NCBI GenBank assembly: GCA_002269645.1
Contig: NIVC01000608.1
Location: 186,001 to 250,000 of the forward strand
Source of the DNA: Macrostomum lignano
Taxonomy: Eukaryota
Direction of reading: 5' to 3'
Length of the DNA stretch: 64,000 bases
This document shows positions 24,530 through 39,400 of this stretch, in pieces. Below the pieces are notes generated by a model, which made no database searches, was not told the origin of the DNA, and saw nothing but the letters and a program-made list of their open reading frames with translations. The position numbers and the translations under genes are program-made. Within the stretch, counting starts at the first letter, position 1. Every line of letters begins with the position of its first letter.

Positions 24530-25039
24530 ACCGCACCGCGTTGCTACGAGTATTGTGACTTAAGATTCCTGAGACTAGGAGATATTCGCCTTGTCTGGAA
24601 TGGCAGTCTGTGCTCTCTCTAACTGCTTTGTGATGCTTTGATATCAGCTCAAATCCTAGCACCGTGTTGCCTTGCTGTGAAATTGAATTCCCGAGACTGG
24701 GAGAATTAAGCTAGGTTTCAATTTCAATTTCAAAGGCTCATCTTTGTACTGAGATTAAAGTTCAGCTTATTTGAAATGTAAAAAATCACTTTTTGTTTAC
24801 TTCTTTTTGCAAGTGATTTTAAAGGTCAAATATTTTTTTGAGAAACAAATAGTTGAAATTTCGTTTAAATAGGCCAAGCTATCAATCACGAATCACTTTT
24901 GAGACCTAAATTTTGGTATTTTACAAAAAAATAACATTCAGTTTTTTTCAAAGTTTTAAAAAATCAAGACAATTCTGGGCTATAAAGAGACAGCCTGAGA
25001 ATATTTGAGTCCGATTAGATTATGCTGCTTAAATTTCCT

Positions 25040-25350
25040 GCCAGGATCATGCGACATAAGTGATTGACGAGATTATAATGCATAATTAATAGTTAGAATC
25101 ATGTTAAATGAGTGTTAGCCAGGATCACGTGACATCAGCAATTTTTTAGGATCAAGTGATTAAGGACATAAGTGATTATTTAGATCACGTGACATAAGTG
25201 ATTAACTAGATCACGTGACATAAGTGATTAGCTAGATCACGTGACATCAGTGAATGACAGGATCAAGTAACATTAATGATTGCCAGGATCAGGTGACCAT
25301 GCAACGGCCACACGGTACGAACAAAATCCTTGCCAGCTAAGTCACGTGAC
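25040..25350. promoter_or_regulatory. Degenerate ~26-bp repeat carrying five TCACGTGA E-boxes (function unproven)
   Basis: CACGTG at 25126, 25186, 25212, 25238 and 25343, plus mismatched variants. Confidence 0.35.
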
Positions 25351-28300
25351 CCGCCCCCCGGCAACCAGGCTTGGCAGCCTAGCGAGCCCGGTCAGGCCGC
25401 TGCTGAGCTCTCTGCAGCTTGTGCCGCCGCCGTTCGAGTCGGCGCCGTCGCCTCGCACGCAGGCGTAGATCTTGGGCAGGAAGAGGCAGGCGCAGCAGGC
25501 GTAGGCGGTCATCAGCAGGCCGGCTATGGACACCACGGCCCGCTGCAGACCGGTTGGCAGGAAGAAGTAGGCGGGAAAGTAGCAGAGCCACAGGCAGGCG
25601 GTGCTGAACGAGCAGACGAAGATGCACATGGACTCTTTGAAATTGTTTGGCAGCTTTCTAGTGAGGTAGGCCAGTGCCAGGGCTCCGACAATGAGCAGCA
25701 GATTCCAGGCTCCCGGAAGCAACATCTGCAGCGGCGATACGGAGCAGATCTCTTCTATGTCGGGCTCGTAGCGAACCAGCTGGCGTTTGAGCACAGCTGG
25801 GGCTCCGGTGAGCAGGGTCAGAGCTGCCAGGATGCCCGCCTGTTGCGGATAAGACAGGAATTAAAGGTATGAAAGTCTTGGCTGGGGTGCTGATTGGATT
25901 GGCGCAGTTCATTTGAGCAGCGCTGATGGACAGGGCCGTTTAATTCAGTAAAAAGGGCGTCTCACTGGGTGGCTGGGGCGCCACATCTTCTCATTGACCA
26001 AATGGATCAAATTTAGAGGAGAGAAGAGGAAAGGAGAGGGGACGAGAGGGGACGAGAGGGGACGAGAGGAGAGGGGACGAGAGGAGAGGGGACGAGAGGG
26101 GACGAGAGGGGACGAGAGGAGAGGGGACGAGAGGGGACGAGAGGAGAGGGGACGAGAGGGGACGAGAGGAGAGGGGACGAGAGGGGACGAGAGGAGAGGG
26201 GACGAGAGGAGAGGGGACGAGAAGAGAGGGACGAGAGGGGACGAGAGGAGAGGGGACGAGAGGGGACGAGAGGGGACGAGAGGGGACGAGAGGGGACGAG
26301 AGGGGACGAGAAGAGAGGGGACGAGAGGGGACGAGAGGAGAGGGGACGAGAGGGGACGAGAGGAGAGGGGACGAGAGGGGACGAGAGGGGACGAGAGGGG
26401 ACGAGAGGGGACGAGAGGGGACGAGAAGAGAGGGGACGAGAGGGGACGAGAGGAGAGGGGACGAGAGGGGACGAGAGGAGAGGGGACGAGAGGGGACGAG
26501 AGGGGACGAGAGGGGACGAGAGGGGACGAGAGGGGACGAGAGGGGACGAGAGGGGACGAGAGGGGACGAGAGGGGACGAGAGGAGAGGGGACGAGAGGAG
26601 AGGGGACGAGAGGAGAGGGGACGAGAAGAGAGGGGACGAGAGGGGACGAGAGGAGAGGGGACGAGAGGGGACGAGAGGAGAGGGGACGAGAGGGGACGAG
26701 AGGAGAGGGGACGAGAGGAGAGGGGACGAGAAGAGAGGGGACGAGAGGGGACGAGAGGAGAGGGGACGAGAGGGGATGAGAGGAGAGGGGACGAGAGGGG
26801 ACGAGAGGAGAGGGGACGAGAGGGGACGAGAGGAGAGGGGACGAGAGGGGACGAGAGGAGAGGGGACGAGAGGGGACGAGAGGAGAGGGGACGAGAGGGG
26901 ACGAGAGGAGAGGGGACGAGAGGGGACGAGAGGAGAGGGGACGAGAGGGGACGAGAGGAGAGGGGACGAGAGGGGACGAGAGGAGAGGGGACGAGAGGGG
27001 ACGAGAGGAGAGGGGACGAGAGGAGAGGGGACGAGAGGAGAGGGGACGAGAGGGGACGAGAGGAGAGGGGACGAGAGGGGACGAGAGGGGACGAGAGGGG
27101 ACGAGAGGGGACGAGAGGAGAGGGGAGGAGAGAGGGGAGAGAGGGAGAGAGGGGAGGAGAGGGGAGGAGAGGAGAGGAGAGGGGAGGAGAGGAGAGGAGA
27201 GGGGAGGAGAGGAGAGGGAGAGGAGAGGAGGAGAGAGAGGGAGAGGAGAGGAGGAGAGGAGAGGAGAGGGGAGGAGAGGGAGGAGAGGAGAGGATCACGG
27301 ATTTTGCTGGAGATGCTGCCTAATATATTTCTAATATTTACTTTTATTTCTGAAGCGGTGCTTTTGTACGAACCCGTATGCTTGTATTTAGTGCTGGCAG
27401 AATGGAGGCAGAGTGGAGGCAGAGTGAGGCGGAGTCCCTCCATTATAGGTTTCTCACCCTCGCCATTATCGCCTCTGAGTTAAGCACAAGTTGTCACAAG
27501 TCTTTCCTTACATTACAAAAAACAACTCAGCAAAAAACTGAGCGGCAAATGTTGTGAGCAGTGCCCGCAATGACCCGAGCTGCTCTCTCATGCGCTCCGC
27601 AAGATGTTTAAGATCTTGTTATTGCCTAACTAACTTGGACTATCTAATCAGTGCTTTGCAATCAGCGCTTGTGTTTCGTCAGCATTTCTATTTGCTAAAC
27701 GTGTCCTCCGCTCTCTTGCTCTACCGCAAAATTTCAGACTCTCTGCTTCATCAATATCAACTAAGATTTTACGAGGATTATCAGCTTTTTCTTGCAAATC
27801 TGTACTTATCTGTTAGGCCTGGTTTTGCCTACTTAAATCCTTGTTACGATCATATTATAGGGGGACCACAGTAGTCAGTAGCTCAGAGATAACGGATTAT
27901 GGCCCTGACTGAGATAGATGGAGTCACAAAACTACTCAAATCTGATGGGCTAGAGATGGCTAGTAGATCCACTATGCTATGCGAACTCAGGATCCAGTTG
28001 CAAGATGGTGCTCAAATCGGATGTCTGCAACCTGGGCTTGAATTCGACCTCGAATCAAATTTCTCCGCAGTGCAGGCAGTAGCAGCCAAGTACCTGCACA
28101 ACTGCCACAGCCCCGGCTCCGGCAAAGATGCAGGCGTCGGAGGCGCACCGAGCCCTGGCCAGGCTGTCCGCCGCTCTGAACAGCCGATAAATTCGCAGCG
28201 CCCTGTTTGACAGCAGGCCGAACAGGGCCGTGTAGAGCAGGTGGAAACCATAGTATTCCAGTCCGCAGGTGACAGTGCTAGCTGGTGCCAGGTAGACCAA

Positions 28301-31300
28301 GGACAAGGCGTCCATGCACAGCAGGCAGGCCAGCACGGCCAGGCTGACTGGCAGCGAGGTGGCCTTCACGATCTTCGCGCCGCGTCTGGCTATGAAATAG
28401 GCGAAACTGGCCATCACCAGGAGAGCGTTCAGCGCGGCTGCTGGACCGGCGACGAGGCAAACCGGGTCACTTAGTTGGATCCGAGTTGGCGTCACGGGCT
28501 GGCAGACTGCCCGACGGCGCTGGTCTGGCCAGGTGCCAATAGGGCAGGTGCGGCAGGCGTTGTTGACGATGTCGACAATCTCGTCGGTGCGGCAGTCGCG
28601 ACAGTCGAAGCAGCAGACGGCTGGCCGGCCGGTCATGCGGATCTGGCCGGGTGCGCAAGGCCCCGGGCAGGCTGACCTGGGCACCTAGGGTCCGGCAAGG
28701 AGGTGGCTGGCCTTGTAGCGATCGGATCCACACTGACATGCAGATCCAGTTTGACAATGGCACCCGTTTGATTCAAAGTGGCACGCATCGGGACCACAAT
28801 GGCACACATCGGGATCACAATGGCACACATCGGGATCTCAATGGCACACATCAGGATCACAATGGCATACATTAGGATCACAATGGCACACATCGGGATC
28901 ACAATGGCACACATCGGAATCTCAATGGCACACATCAGGATCACAATGGCACACATCAGGATCACAATGGCACACATCAGGATCACAATGGCACACATCA
29001 GGATCACAATGGCACACATCAGGATCACAATGGCACTCACTCATTGGGACAACAGTGGAAATCATCTGGTGTAAAAATGACTCCCACCGCCGATTCACTC
29101 ACCGGCAAGCCGTCGGACTTGTGCGGATACCGGGACCAGAGCAGCCGGTCCTGGTCGACAAGCAAGTCGCGGTCGGCCAGATCGCTGAACACCCCCAGCG
29201 ACTCGGTGCTGTAACGGCCATCCTCGGCCACCGAGTCCTGCACCACCAGCATGTAGTTCTCGGGCTCACCGTTGGCCTGAAATCTTACGGGCGTTGAGTA
29301 CCGATTTGAAGAATTGAAGCTGGCATTCAGGATGTCCTTGTACAGCTCAAGGCCGTTCACGCAGCCTAGCAGGGCGCTCCGATTGCCTAGCAGGGCTTGG
29401 GGGCAGCGGGCTGTCACGTGACTGTGCAGGCCGTGCGCAATCGCCATGACGCTGTCGTAAAGCAGGTTGAGATTTTCAACTTTCGGCGTCAGGGGACGCT
29501 CAGACTGCAGTAGGCTTCGGTTAGCGTTGGCCCGGCAGCCGGCCGTGGATGAGGCGTTCGGCCGGGTGATGTCGCAGTTGAACATGTAGCTCAGGTAGGC
29601 CGAGCTCAGCGGATCGAGCATTGCCTCGGCGACCGTGATCGACATGCCCCGTTTGAATCGATCGGGCGGCAAATTAGTCGATACCGGGCGAAAGTAGAGC
29701 GACGGCGCTACCACCTTTGGTTAATTGTTCATTCAATCTAATTTATAGATACAAGTGCTTGATAAACCAAGAAATATTTTCACGGGATCGCTCAGCCTTA
29801 TTAAAAGGAAAGTACGGATATTGATCTACGTGTTATTGGTTCTGATCTAAGATATTTAGGAGTTGTACGAGAATCAATATGTTAGAAACAGCGAACTTTA
29901 TGTCAGAGCCGCCCACCTAGGTGTCACTGAGGCCCAGGTAGGAGATGTCATTGAGTCCCATGTAGAAGATGTCATTGAGTCTCAGCTAGGAGATGTCATT
30001 GAGTCACAGCTAGGAGATGTCATTGAGTCACAGCTAGATGTCATTGAGTCCCATGTAGGAGATGTCATTGAGTCCCATGTAGGAGATGTCACTGAGGCCC
30101 AGGTAGGAGATGTCATTGAGTCCCATGTAGGAGATGTCATTGAGTCTCAGCTAGGAGATGTCACTGAGGCCCAGGTAGGAGATGTCATTGAGTCCCAGCT
30201 AGGAGATGTCACTGAGGCCCAGGTAGATATCTCAACTAGGCGTCATGGAGTCAGAAATAGGTGTCAAAGCAGCCTGAATACAAATAGGATATGTCAAGGA
30301 CGCCCGAATTATGGGTGTCGGTGAAGCAAAAGTTGCTAGGCAAAGCCGAAAGATTTGCATGTTATTTTACTAATTTGAAAACCCTACTCTACAAAACTGC
30401 AGACAAACAATTCGCTGCCAAAGCCGCCGCACCTCTTTATAAGCCTCCAACGATATGATGGCGTCAGCCAGCAGGAAGGTGAACCGGCGACCCCAGGCGC
30501 TGGCGTTGGCCGAGGCCAATTTCAACAGCAGCGGCGCCACGATGTAGTCCGATGCGGCCACGGCCAGCACTCGGAGCCGCGGCATCGACTCCAGCTCCGC
30601 GGCCAGGCTGTCGATTTCCGACTGACTTGTTGGAGTTGGCGAAGTCGACAATGCGCCCGTTAATCCGACGCAGACGCCGTTGCTAGGGGCCAGCGCGGTG
30701 AAGGCCTGTCGAAACGATTCGCCGTAGCTGTCCGCAGCGTACAGCAGGCCGACCAGCTCCCAGCCGAAGTGGCGCGCAAATCGAAGCATCAGCGCGGCCT
30801 GGGCGCCAACTGGCGCCGCCACCCGGGCAAAGTAGGGATGGCGAGACCGGTCGGAGAGCGAGTCGCTGGTGGACATTGACGAGACCATCGGCAGCTCAAG
30901 CAGCTGCAGGTAGGTTGAAGCGAGAATCGAGCTGGCACTGTAGTAGCAGCAAGCCGCTGCCACCACTTTGACCGTCTCGGTGGGGGATTTTCCTCCCACG
31001 CCGGAGTTATAGTAGGTCGGCCAGGGCGGCGCGGCGAACTTGGTCAGGTAGCGGAGGGTCACCCGGTCAAAGTTGCACGAGTCGTAGGCCAGGAAGCCGA
31101 GCCGAATGTTGGGCAGCAGATCCGTTCGATTGTTGGCGTCCTCGATGGCCCAGCGCATGGCCAGGTAGTACAGGTACGGATGGTACACGTCGCTAATGTC
31201 AACACCGTCATCGATGCTGCACCGATAGTAGGTGATCGGAGAGTCCATTACAATGTTAAGATCGCCGGTTACCACGGTGACCACGTCTCGTTGCGGCATC

Positions 31301-31354
31301 TCTAAGCTGCTGCTCAGGCCACCGCTGCACACCAGCAGGAGCAGCAGTTGAAAA
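25342..31354 (-). CDS. Class C GPCR, metabotropic glutamate receptor-like (Venus flytrap, NCD3G Cys-rich, 7tm_3); start exon not found
   Basis: Exons 31354-30433, 29714-29103, 28684-28094 and 25839-25342, joined in phase 0. Motifs LLPNIRLGFLAYDSC, DSYGE, CCFDCRDC...C..CPIGTWP and TRKLPNNFKES...LFLPKIY. Confidence 0.92.
26020..27295. repeat. Purine-rich GAGAGGGGAC/GAGAG array, GPCR intron
   Basis: Visible directly. Confidence 0.95.
28770..29036. repeat. 21-bp repeat (CACAATGGCACACATCAGGAT), ~13 copies, GPCR intron
   Basis: Visible directly. Confidence 0.95.
29915..30228. repeat. 24-bp repeat (GTAGGAGATGTCATTGAGTCCCAT variants), GPCR intron
   Basis: Visible directly. Confidence 0.93.
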
Positions 31355-31504
31355 CTGCAAGGAGAAACGCCTGCAGAGCATTTGGAAATTGTCCAATGTT
31401 ATTTCTATAGATCGATGGGGTTTCACAATCTCTGGACGAGGCAATTGGCTATGGACGAAAGACTTGCGATGTGTTGTCACCTAGATTTCAGGAACTCTTG
31501 GTAT

Positions 31505-31665
31505 TGTCATCAGGGTGTCAGACAGTCTTGGTGTGTCACCTGGGTGTCAGACACTTGTGTCACCTGTGTGTCGTCAGACAGTCTTGCATGATGTGTCACC
31601 TGCGTGTCAGACAGTTTTGGTGCGTCAGCTGGGTGTCACCTGGTGTCAGGTCTTGGGTGTCAGTG
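31505..31665. repeat. Degenerate GTGTCACCTG(G/C)GTGTCAGACAG repeat
   Basis: Several diverged copies visible. Confidence 0.7.
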
Positions 31666-32184
31666 CCAGGTAACTATCAGAATAGACTGTATTGAGTAAG
31701 AGCACAACGTAGGGAAATAAAGCTTGAAAGTAAAAAGTGTTCGTGATGAAAGTAGAACTACAAAATTCAACCATATTTTAAAAAATTCCCGGACAGCAAA
31801 ACTTTCGATGGAGCTTCTTTGTCCGGAAAAGGCTTTATAAGTCAGTCATTTCTTTGTGAATAGCTCTATGAGTCTATGATTGACTCAATGCCCTGGGGGG
31901 GGGGGGCAACTGACAGACAAAGTCAGATTGAAGTTGACGCAGCTGAACCGGTCAGCCCCAGGCCGCGTGGACAATCATCCGCCGGCTTCAGTCAGTCCGG
32001 CTTCCGGCAGATGTAAACATTCTGCGATCGGCAGCCCCTTGGAATGCATTCAACAGCTCGCTCCCAGACTTCTTTACTGACTGCTTTCGGTTGGTAAATG
32101 CGATTAAAGCAGACAAAAAAAAGCCGGGAAAAGCAATATTGGAGGCTTTGAAAGTCCTAATTATTGCTGCAGGTGTGCAGCCAA

Positions 32185-33602
<1,418 letters not shown>

Positions 33603-33959
33603 TTTATCATAGCTAAATGATTAGCCAAATCAGCAGACAGATCAAAAGAAATCGCATAATCCCATGAAGGCATGATTTTACGGCCAGCTATCAGATATTT
33701 TCATTCTGACGATGAGGAGCAAAAATGCAAACTAAGCACGTGCTATATTGACTAAAATGGACGAGAATCACACACACTGACGGCAAAGAAGACTAATAAG
33801 CCCTTATTCTAGAGAATATGGCGCCACCAAAGCGGTCAGTTGGGTCTTTTGGCTTGCAGTCAAAAAATTTACGACATCTTATATACAGAGGCGGCAAGTG
33901 CCGCCTTGCGCTTCTAGAACCAGTAGGGAAAAGAAATCGTGGCCTCTCATACTGCTAGT

Positions 33960-34456
<497 letters not shown>

Positions 34457-35015
34457 TATAACTGCCGGTGTGGTTATTAGAATTCAGCTACGAGTTGATT
34501 CCGGAAGGGGGCGAAACTGCTAGTATAAATATAGTGTCTCATATTCCATCCAGATTGCTAAAAGCCACGCGAGCAAATCTTAATAACGTTGGAGTTTCTC
34601 ATTTTTCAGCTTTTCTTTGTATAGCTGGAGGGTTGAATACTAATGAACTTTTCTCTTCCTTCGCGTGTTAGTCAAATACAAAGTGACAAAATAATCATTT
34701 TGGCCCAATAACACCCCGGGCGAGGCAGCCCAAGCAAAGTGAGACAGTAGATCGTCTTTCAGGACTAACTCAAATTTGATGTATGCCCATGCAGGTCCTG
34801 CTTAGATTTCCAGCGGCCAGATAACCCAGATTTTGCAAAGCAATTGACCGGGAAATATTATATTATCATACAAAATAAGCAGGACGGTAAAATTTCGTTT
34901 TTCAGAAAATATTTGAAGGCTGGCTTTCGCTAACCCTTCCGAGATCGAATATTGGAACTTTCATTTTGGAGGCAAGACTATTATGCACAAAATCCTTCTC
35001 TAAAAGACCTAATAT

Positions 35016-35358
35016 CAGGGGCGTCGCCATGGATTTTATGGTGAGGGGACAAAGCCAAGAATTCAGCATGTCCATGTACATGACTGAATTCCTGCTTTTC
35101 CATTGTTTTGAGAATCGTGTTGTCAGCGCTCATTTTGGCGCCGCAGGCACTCATTTTGGCGCCACAGGCATTTCTTTTGGCGCCGCAGGCATTGTTTTAG
35201 CGCCGCAGGCGCTATATTTTGGCACCCTGAAGAAAAATTATTGATTACCACACGGGTCACAAGGGGGGTGGGGGGACAAAGCATTGGCATGTTCCCCTAA
35301 TAGCTTTTACTGGGGGGGGCATGTCCCCTTGTCCCCCCCCCCGGTGGCGACGCGCCTG
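35016..35358. mobile_element. 343-bp hAT MITE
   Basis: 8-bp TSD CCTAATAT at 35008-35015 and 35359-35366. TIRs CAGGGGCGTCGCCA / TGGCGACGCGCCTG. Confidence 0.9.
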
Positions 35359-35840
35359 CCTAATATCTATTGTTATGTTTATTTATGAAACGCTGGAATA
35401 AAAAACGTAGTGAACAGTGTATGGTTAAAAAAGTCGCGTATAGAGGCTTACCAATACTACATGTAAGGTCCATGTTAATTTAACTGTCTATAGCAGAAAG
35501 CAGAGAAAGCTTTTTAATTAAGTCAAAGAACTATAGCCAGGCGGATGGTGGATGCAAAACGGTTTGCAGTAGCAACTCCTTCTCATGGTTAAAATGCGCA
35601 TGTGCAAGCTAATAAGGCCCCAATATCAAGAGTATGCAGCGTCTTCTCGTGTGATTGGCTGCATGAGACATGCAGCTTTTTAACAGATAGCCTTAAGGGA
35701 ATCATGATAATGCATGGGAACAGTTAGTGACTGCATTAGAAACTGGAAACTGGGCTGTTTCATTATGTGACTGATACGGTACAGCGACTGTAGTTTAGGA
35801 GATCAATCAATAAACTGAAAGCAAATATAGACTGCATGTA

Positions 35841-36472
35841 CGAGGGTTGTCCCAGAAATAGCGGGAAAACCAGTACAGAGGCTGACTGTGATATTCGAAT
35901 CTGATGCAACTTGCGTCATAAGTAGAAAAAATGCAACTATTGTTTTGCTTTTTAAATGGGGTAAAAATGTCAATTCATTCAAAAGTTATGCCTATAATTA
36001 GAGCAAGGGGTAGGGGGTAGAGTTACACCAAGTCGAAAGGTCTGCAAAGTCGGTCACGCAGCATCGCCATCGCCCTTGACTGATGACTTTTCGACGAAGT
36101 CACCCCTCAGCCTGCATCCTGCAGCTGTTCTGCTTCTGCTTCAGATTAGCTTCTGCTTTTTTCGAGGGCTTATGTGCTCTTTTGTTTCTTTTCAGCTTCT
36201 TCGTTTGCTTTTGTTTTCGAATCGATGGTTCTGACTAAACATCAAAAGTTTAGTCCATGGTCAGCATAGTAGGCTCGACTTGGTGTAACTCTACCCCCTA
36301 CCCCTTTTTCTAATTATAGGCATAACTTTTGAATGAATTGACATTTTTACCCCATTTAAAAAGCAAAACAATAGTTGCATTTTTTTCTACTTATGACGCA
36401 AGTTGCATCAAATTCGAATATCACAGTCAGCCTCTGTACCGGTTTTTCCCGCTATTTCTGGGACAACCCTCG
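35841..36472. mobile_element. 632-bp Tc1/mariner-type non-autonomous element with ~197-bp TIRs
   Basis: Ends TA|CGAGGGTTGTCCC...GGGACAACCCTCG|TA. Arms 35841-36036 and 36275-36472 are near-perfect reverse complements. Confidence 0.9.
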
Positions 36473-39400
36473 TACAAAGCTGCACGCGCAGCAGATGCGC
36501 ATCATGAATACAAGAAATATAGATATATATATTTTGCATCTATTCAATTTAAGCTACATGCAGCTATATGAGCGACATGCAAGCAAATGAAGCCTCCTGT
36601 GTGGTATTCTGTAATTGACTGAATTTCACAGGAACACTAATACACTGTACATGTAGCTGTTAAGCCGAATAGTTTATATGTAGCAGCATGCATGGGTGTG
36701 ATTCGCTATACAAACATTATGTAATAATATTACGTTTACACACTTGCGTCGCAGCGTAAAAATTTGAGGAAACTATGGCAAGTGGTTATATACACGAGAT
36801 TAAATGTACATTTATTTGCTTTACATACGTGTTTCATGGACACTAAAGTGCACATCCACATGCAAAAAGAATTTTGCATGACAAAGACCGCATTCAGCGC
36901 AATGCGTTCTCTCTGTAGCATACTAAATGCACTATTATATAGAGGCTATCACTTCAGTTTGCTCATGGCCATGTAAAGTTCTAAAACTAAAATGATATAC
37001 TATAATATCACCCGGTGAGAAAGATTGATTCGCTCAAGGACGACTTAAGTAGACTAAAGTAGAATTAGACGTGATCTTAGTTGCCGCTCGAGACGTTTAT
37101 TAGACGCGCTACTGAAGTCGTCTATCGTCCTTGGACCTTGGCTGAGCTGCATGCACAATGCACATCACACACATCACATATCAAAGCATGCACATCACAC
37201 ACATCACATATCAAAGCATGCACATCACAGATCGAGTTCATACTGCAAAGGGCATTAAAATTGCATGCATGTAAAAAATTCTTAAAGATAGATCCCACCA
37301 CGCAGTGTTCCAACATTCATGTACTACTTTTACTGAAAATGCGTAGTAGTATATATACGAGTGTGTCCCAAAAGTTCCCGGAATCTTTGCTCTAGCTCCT
37401 CAGTACCCCTTGACAAACTAAAGTGTCAAACTAAAGATAATTTTTCAATGAAAAGCTTGTCATTTGAATTTCCTTTCTATCTGGTTTCGGTCAAGCGTTA
37501 CACCAGCAAATGTGAGGGAAGGTCAGTACTACTACTAGTGTTACACAACCTCGACTGTGGTGTGTCCTTTTCTATCATCAATTTTTTTGCAAAACTTAAC
37601 TTTGAATTCGTCAGAAAGATGTGGAAACGTCTATGGATAAAATCAGTAGAATTTCTGATCAGATCTACTGGTGCCAGCCAAAGAGGATGAGGTCGCCTAG
37701 TAGAGTGCCAATAAGGATGAAAATCTGAAGCCGATTTTTAGAATCCACCATGGATGAATGAATGAATAAATGAATGAATGGATCTATTCATTCATCCATG
37801 GAATCCACCCACCCCCTCCGGTCACCAAGCTTTTTAGTCTATGGCACAAGTTGTGGCTAGACACCATGAAGAGATTTATAATACATATTTTTGAAATCTT
37901 GCATGCTGACATGCATATGTCCACAAAATATATCTAGCAATACGAACGTACAGTCACCGACTGCGACTCTGGAAAATAAATCGTCTTCTGCGTCCTATAT
38001 AAGAAAATTTTATTATTTATTAAAGTTATTCAAGGCTAATTTTGATCGTAATTTTTAGACGGCGCAGCAGAAGCAGCTACTATACAAGCTTATGATTATG
38101 TGAATAGCGATATATAATGCTTAGTGCAGAAACCGCTAATAGACATTTCAATAAGGCGTTTGCTCTGCTAAACTCCCTAGAAAAAGGGGGTCCTGTAAAA
38201 AAGCTCACTGCTTCTTTACAAAGCTCACTAGAAATGATTATTGACAAAAATCGATCGAGTTTTGTATCTTGTAGGAGTGATAAATTCTGTACAGGATGGC
38301 GATAAACCAGCTTTCTACGTTCAGTAATAAACTCTAGGGAGCACTAGAAAAAACCAGCCTCCAACTATTTTCTGCATGATTTGGCCAGTTTCCCGTCCCT
38401 AGTTTAAGTAGTCCCTGCTGTATTATGTACATATGTACGAGTTCTATCAATCGATCTTGTACATGTATTCTTGATAGTAAAGACGCTTATTAAATTTGCT
38501 TCATTCAGCTAAAGAGATAAAATATTTAAAACCAAATTTTCTTTTTATTCAGCAGAATTATGAAGCATCTGGCTTCTCTTCTTACAACAATATTCCACAA
38601 ATAATACAATAACTAAATAGTGCTTATAATTTACTACTCGAGTCTTTTGAACCGTTAGTCTTTTCTTTCGTTGTTAAAAACTCGTTCTATCTGTTCTGCA
38701 TGTATCGCAATTCACAAATGTTAAATTAAACTTTTTTACACCAATCATAGCATTTAAGTTTTCAGTCGTTAATAAGCTCTTTCTTTTTGAACATATAGCA
38801 AAAAGTACAGTCGCGTGCTTTCAAATTAAGTATTTACAAAACTTAACTGTCAACCGTTTACACAATAAATTTACTAAAAAGTGTACTTTCAAAACGCAAA
38901 CCCTTACGCATACACTTAATTATATACAAATGTTAAAACAACTTATTTAACAGTTAGAACAAATATTTAAAATGCTATTGTAAAACGGTTATATATGCTT
39001 TGATACATTGACATAAAATACGGTTATTTATCGCTATTCTTATTCGCGATCATTTTAAAACTAGTCTTCATCATTTTTTTCTTTTAGATTTTTCGTTCGA
39101 ACTTCATTCGTACCTTATCTCGTACTCTCGTAATCAAAGCAATACCTCGTAATTCGTACTCAATTTTTGTACTCATATTTGTACTCACCATACTCATATT
39201 CAGACTCATATTATAATTCCCTTATTTAAATACTTTAAATTTGTCGTTTCGTTGTTAGTCGTCACTCTTCGTCCAAAAATCCGTAAAAAATTCTGGCGCG
39301 CTTTCAAATACTTTATCTTTTACAATAACGTCGAATCGTCTTTATAAACTTCTATTTCGAAAAATTTTCCAAATACATTGCCCTATAATATATTGGCCAA

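Noticed and set aside
31880-32160. Candidate first exon of the GPCR
   Set aside because: No ATG plus donor combination gave a plausible signal peptide in the required phase.
37035-38417. Possible 1.4-kb hAT element with ends resembling the 53571-53850 MITE
   Set aside because: The flanking 8-mers do not match, so there is no TSD and the ends may belong to different insertions.
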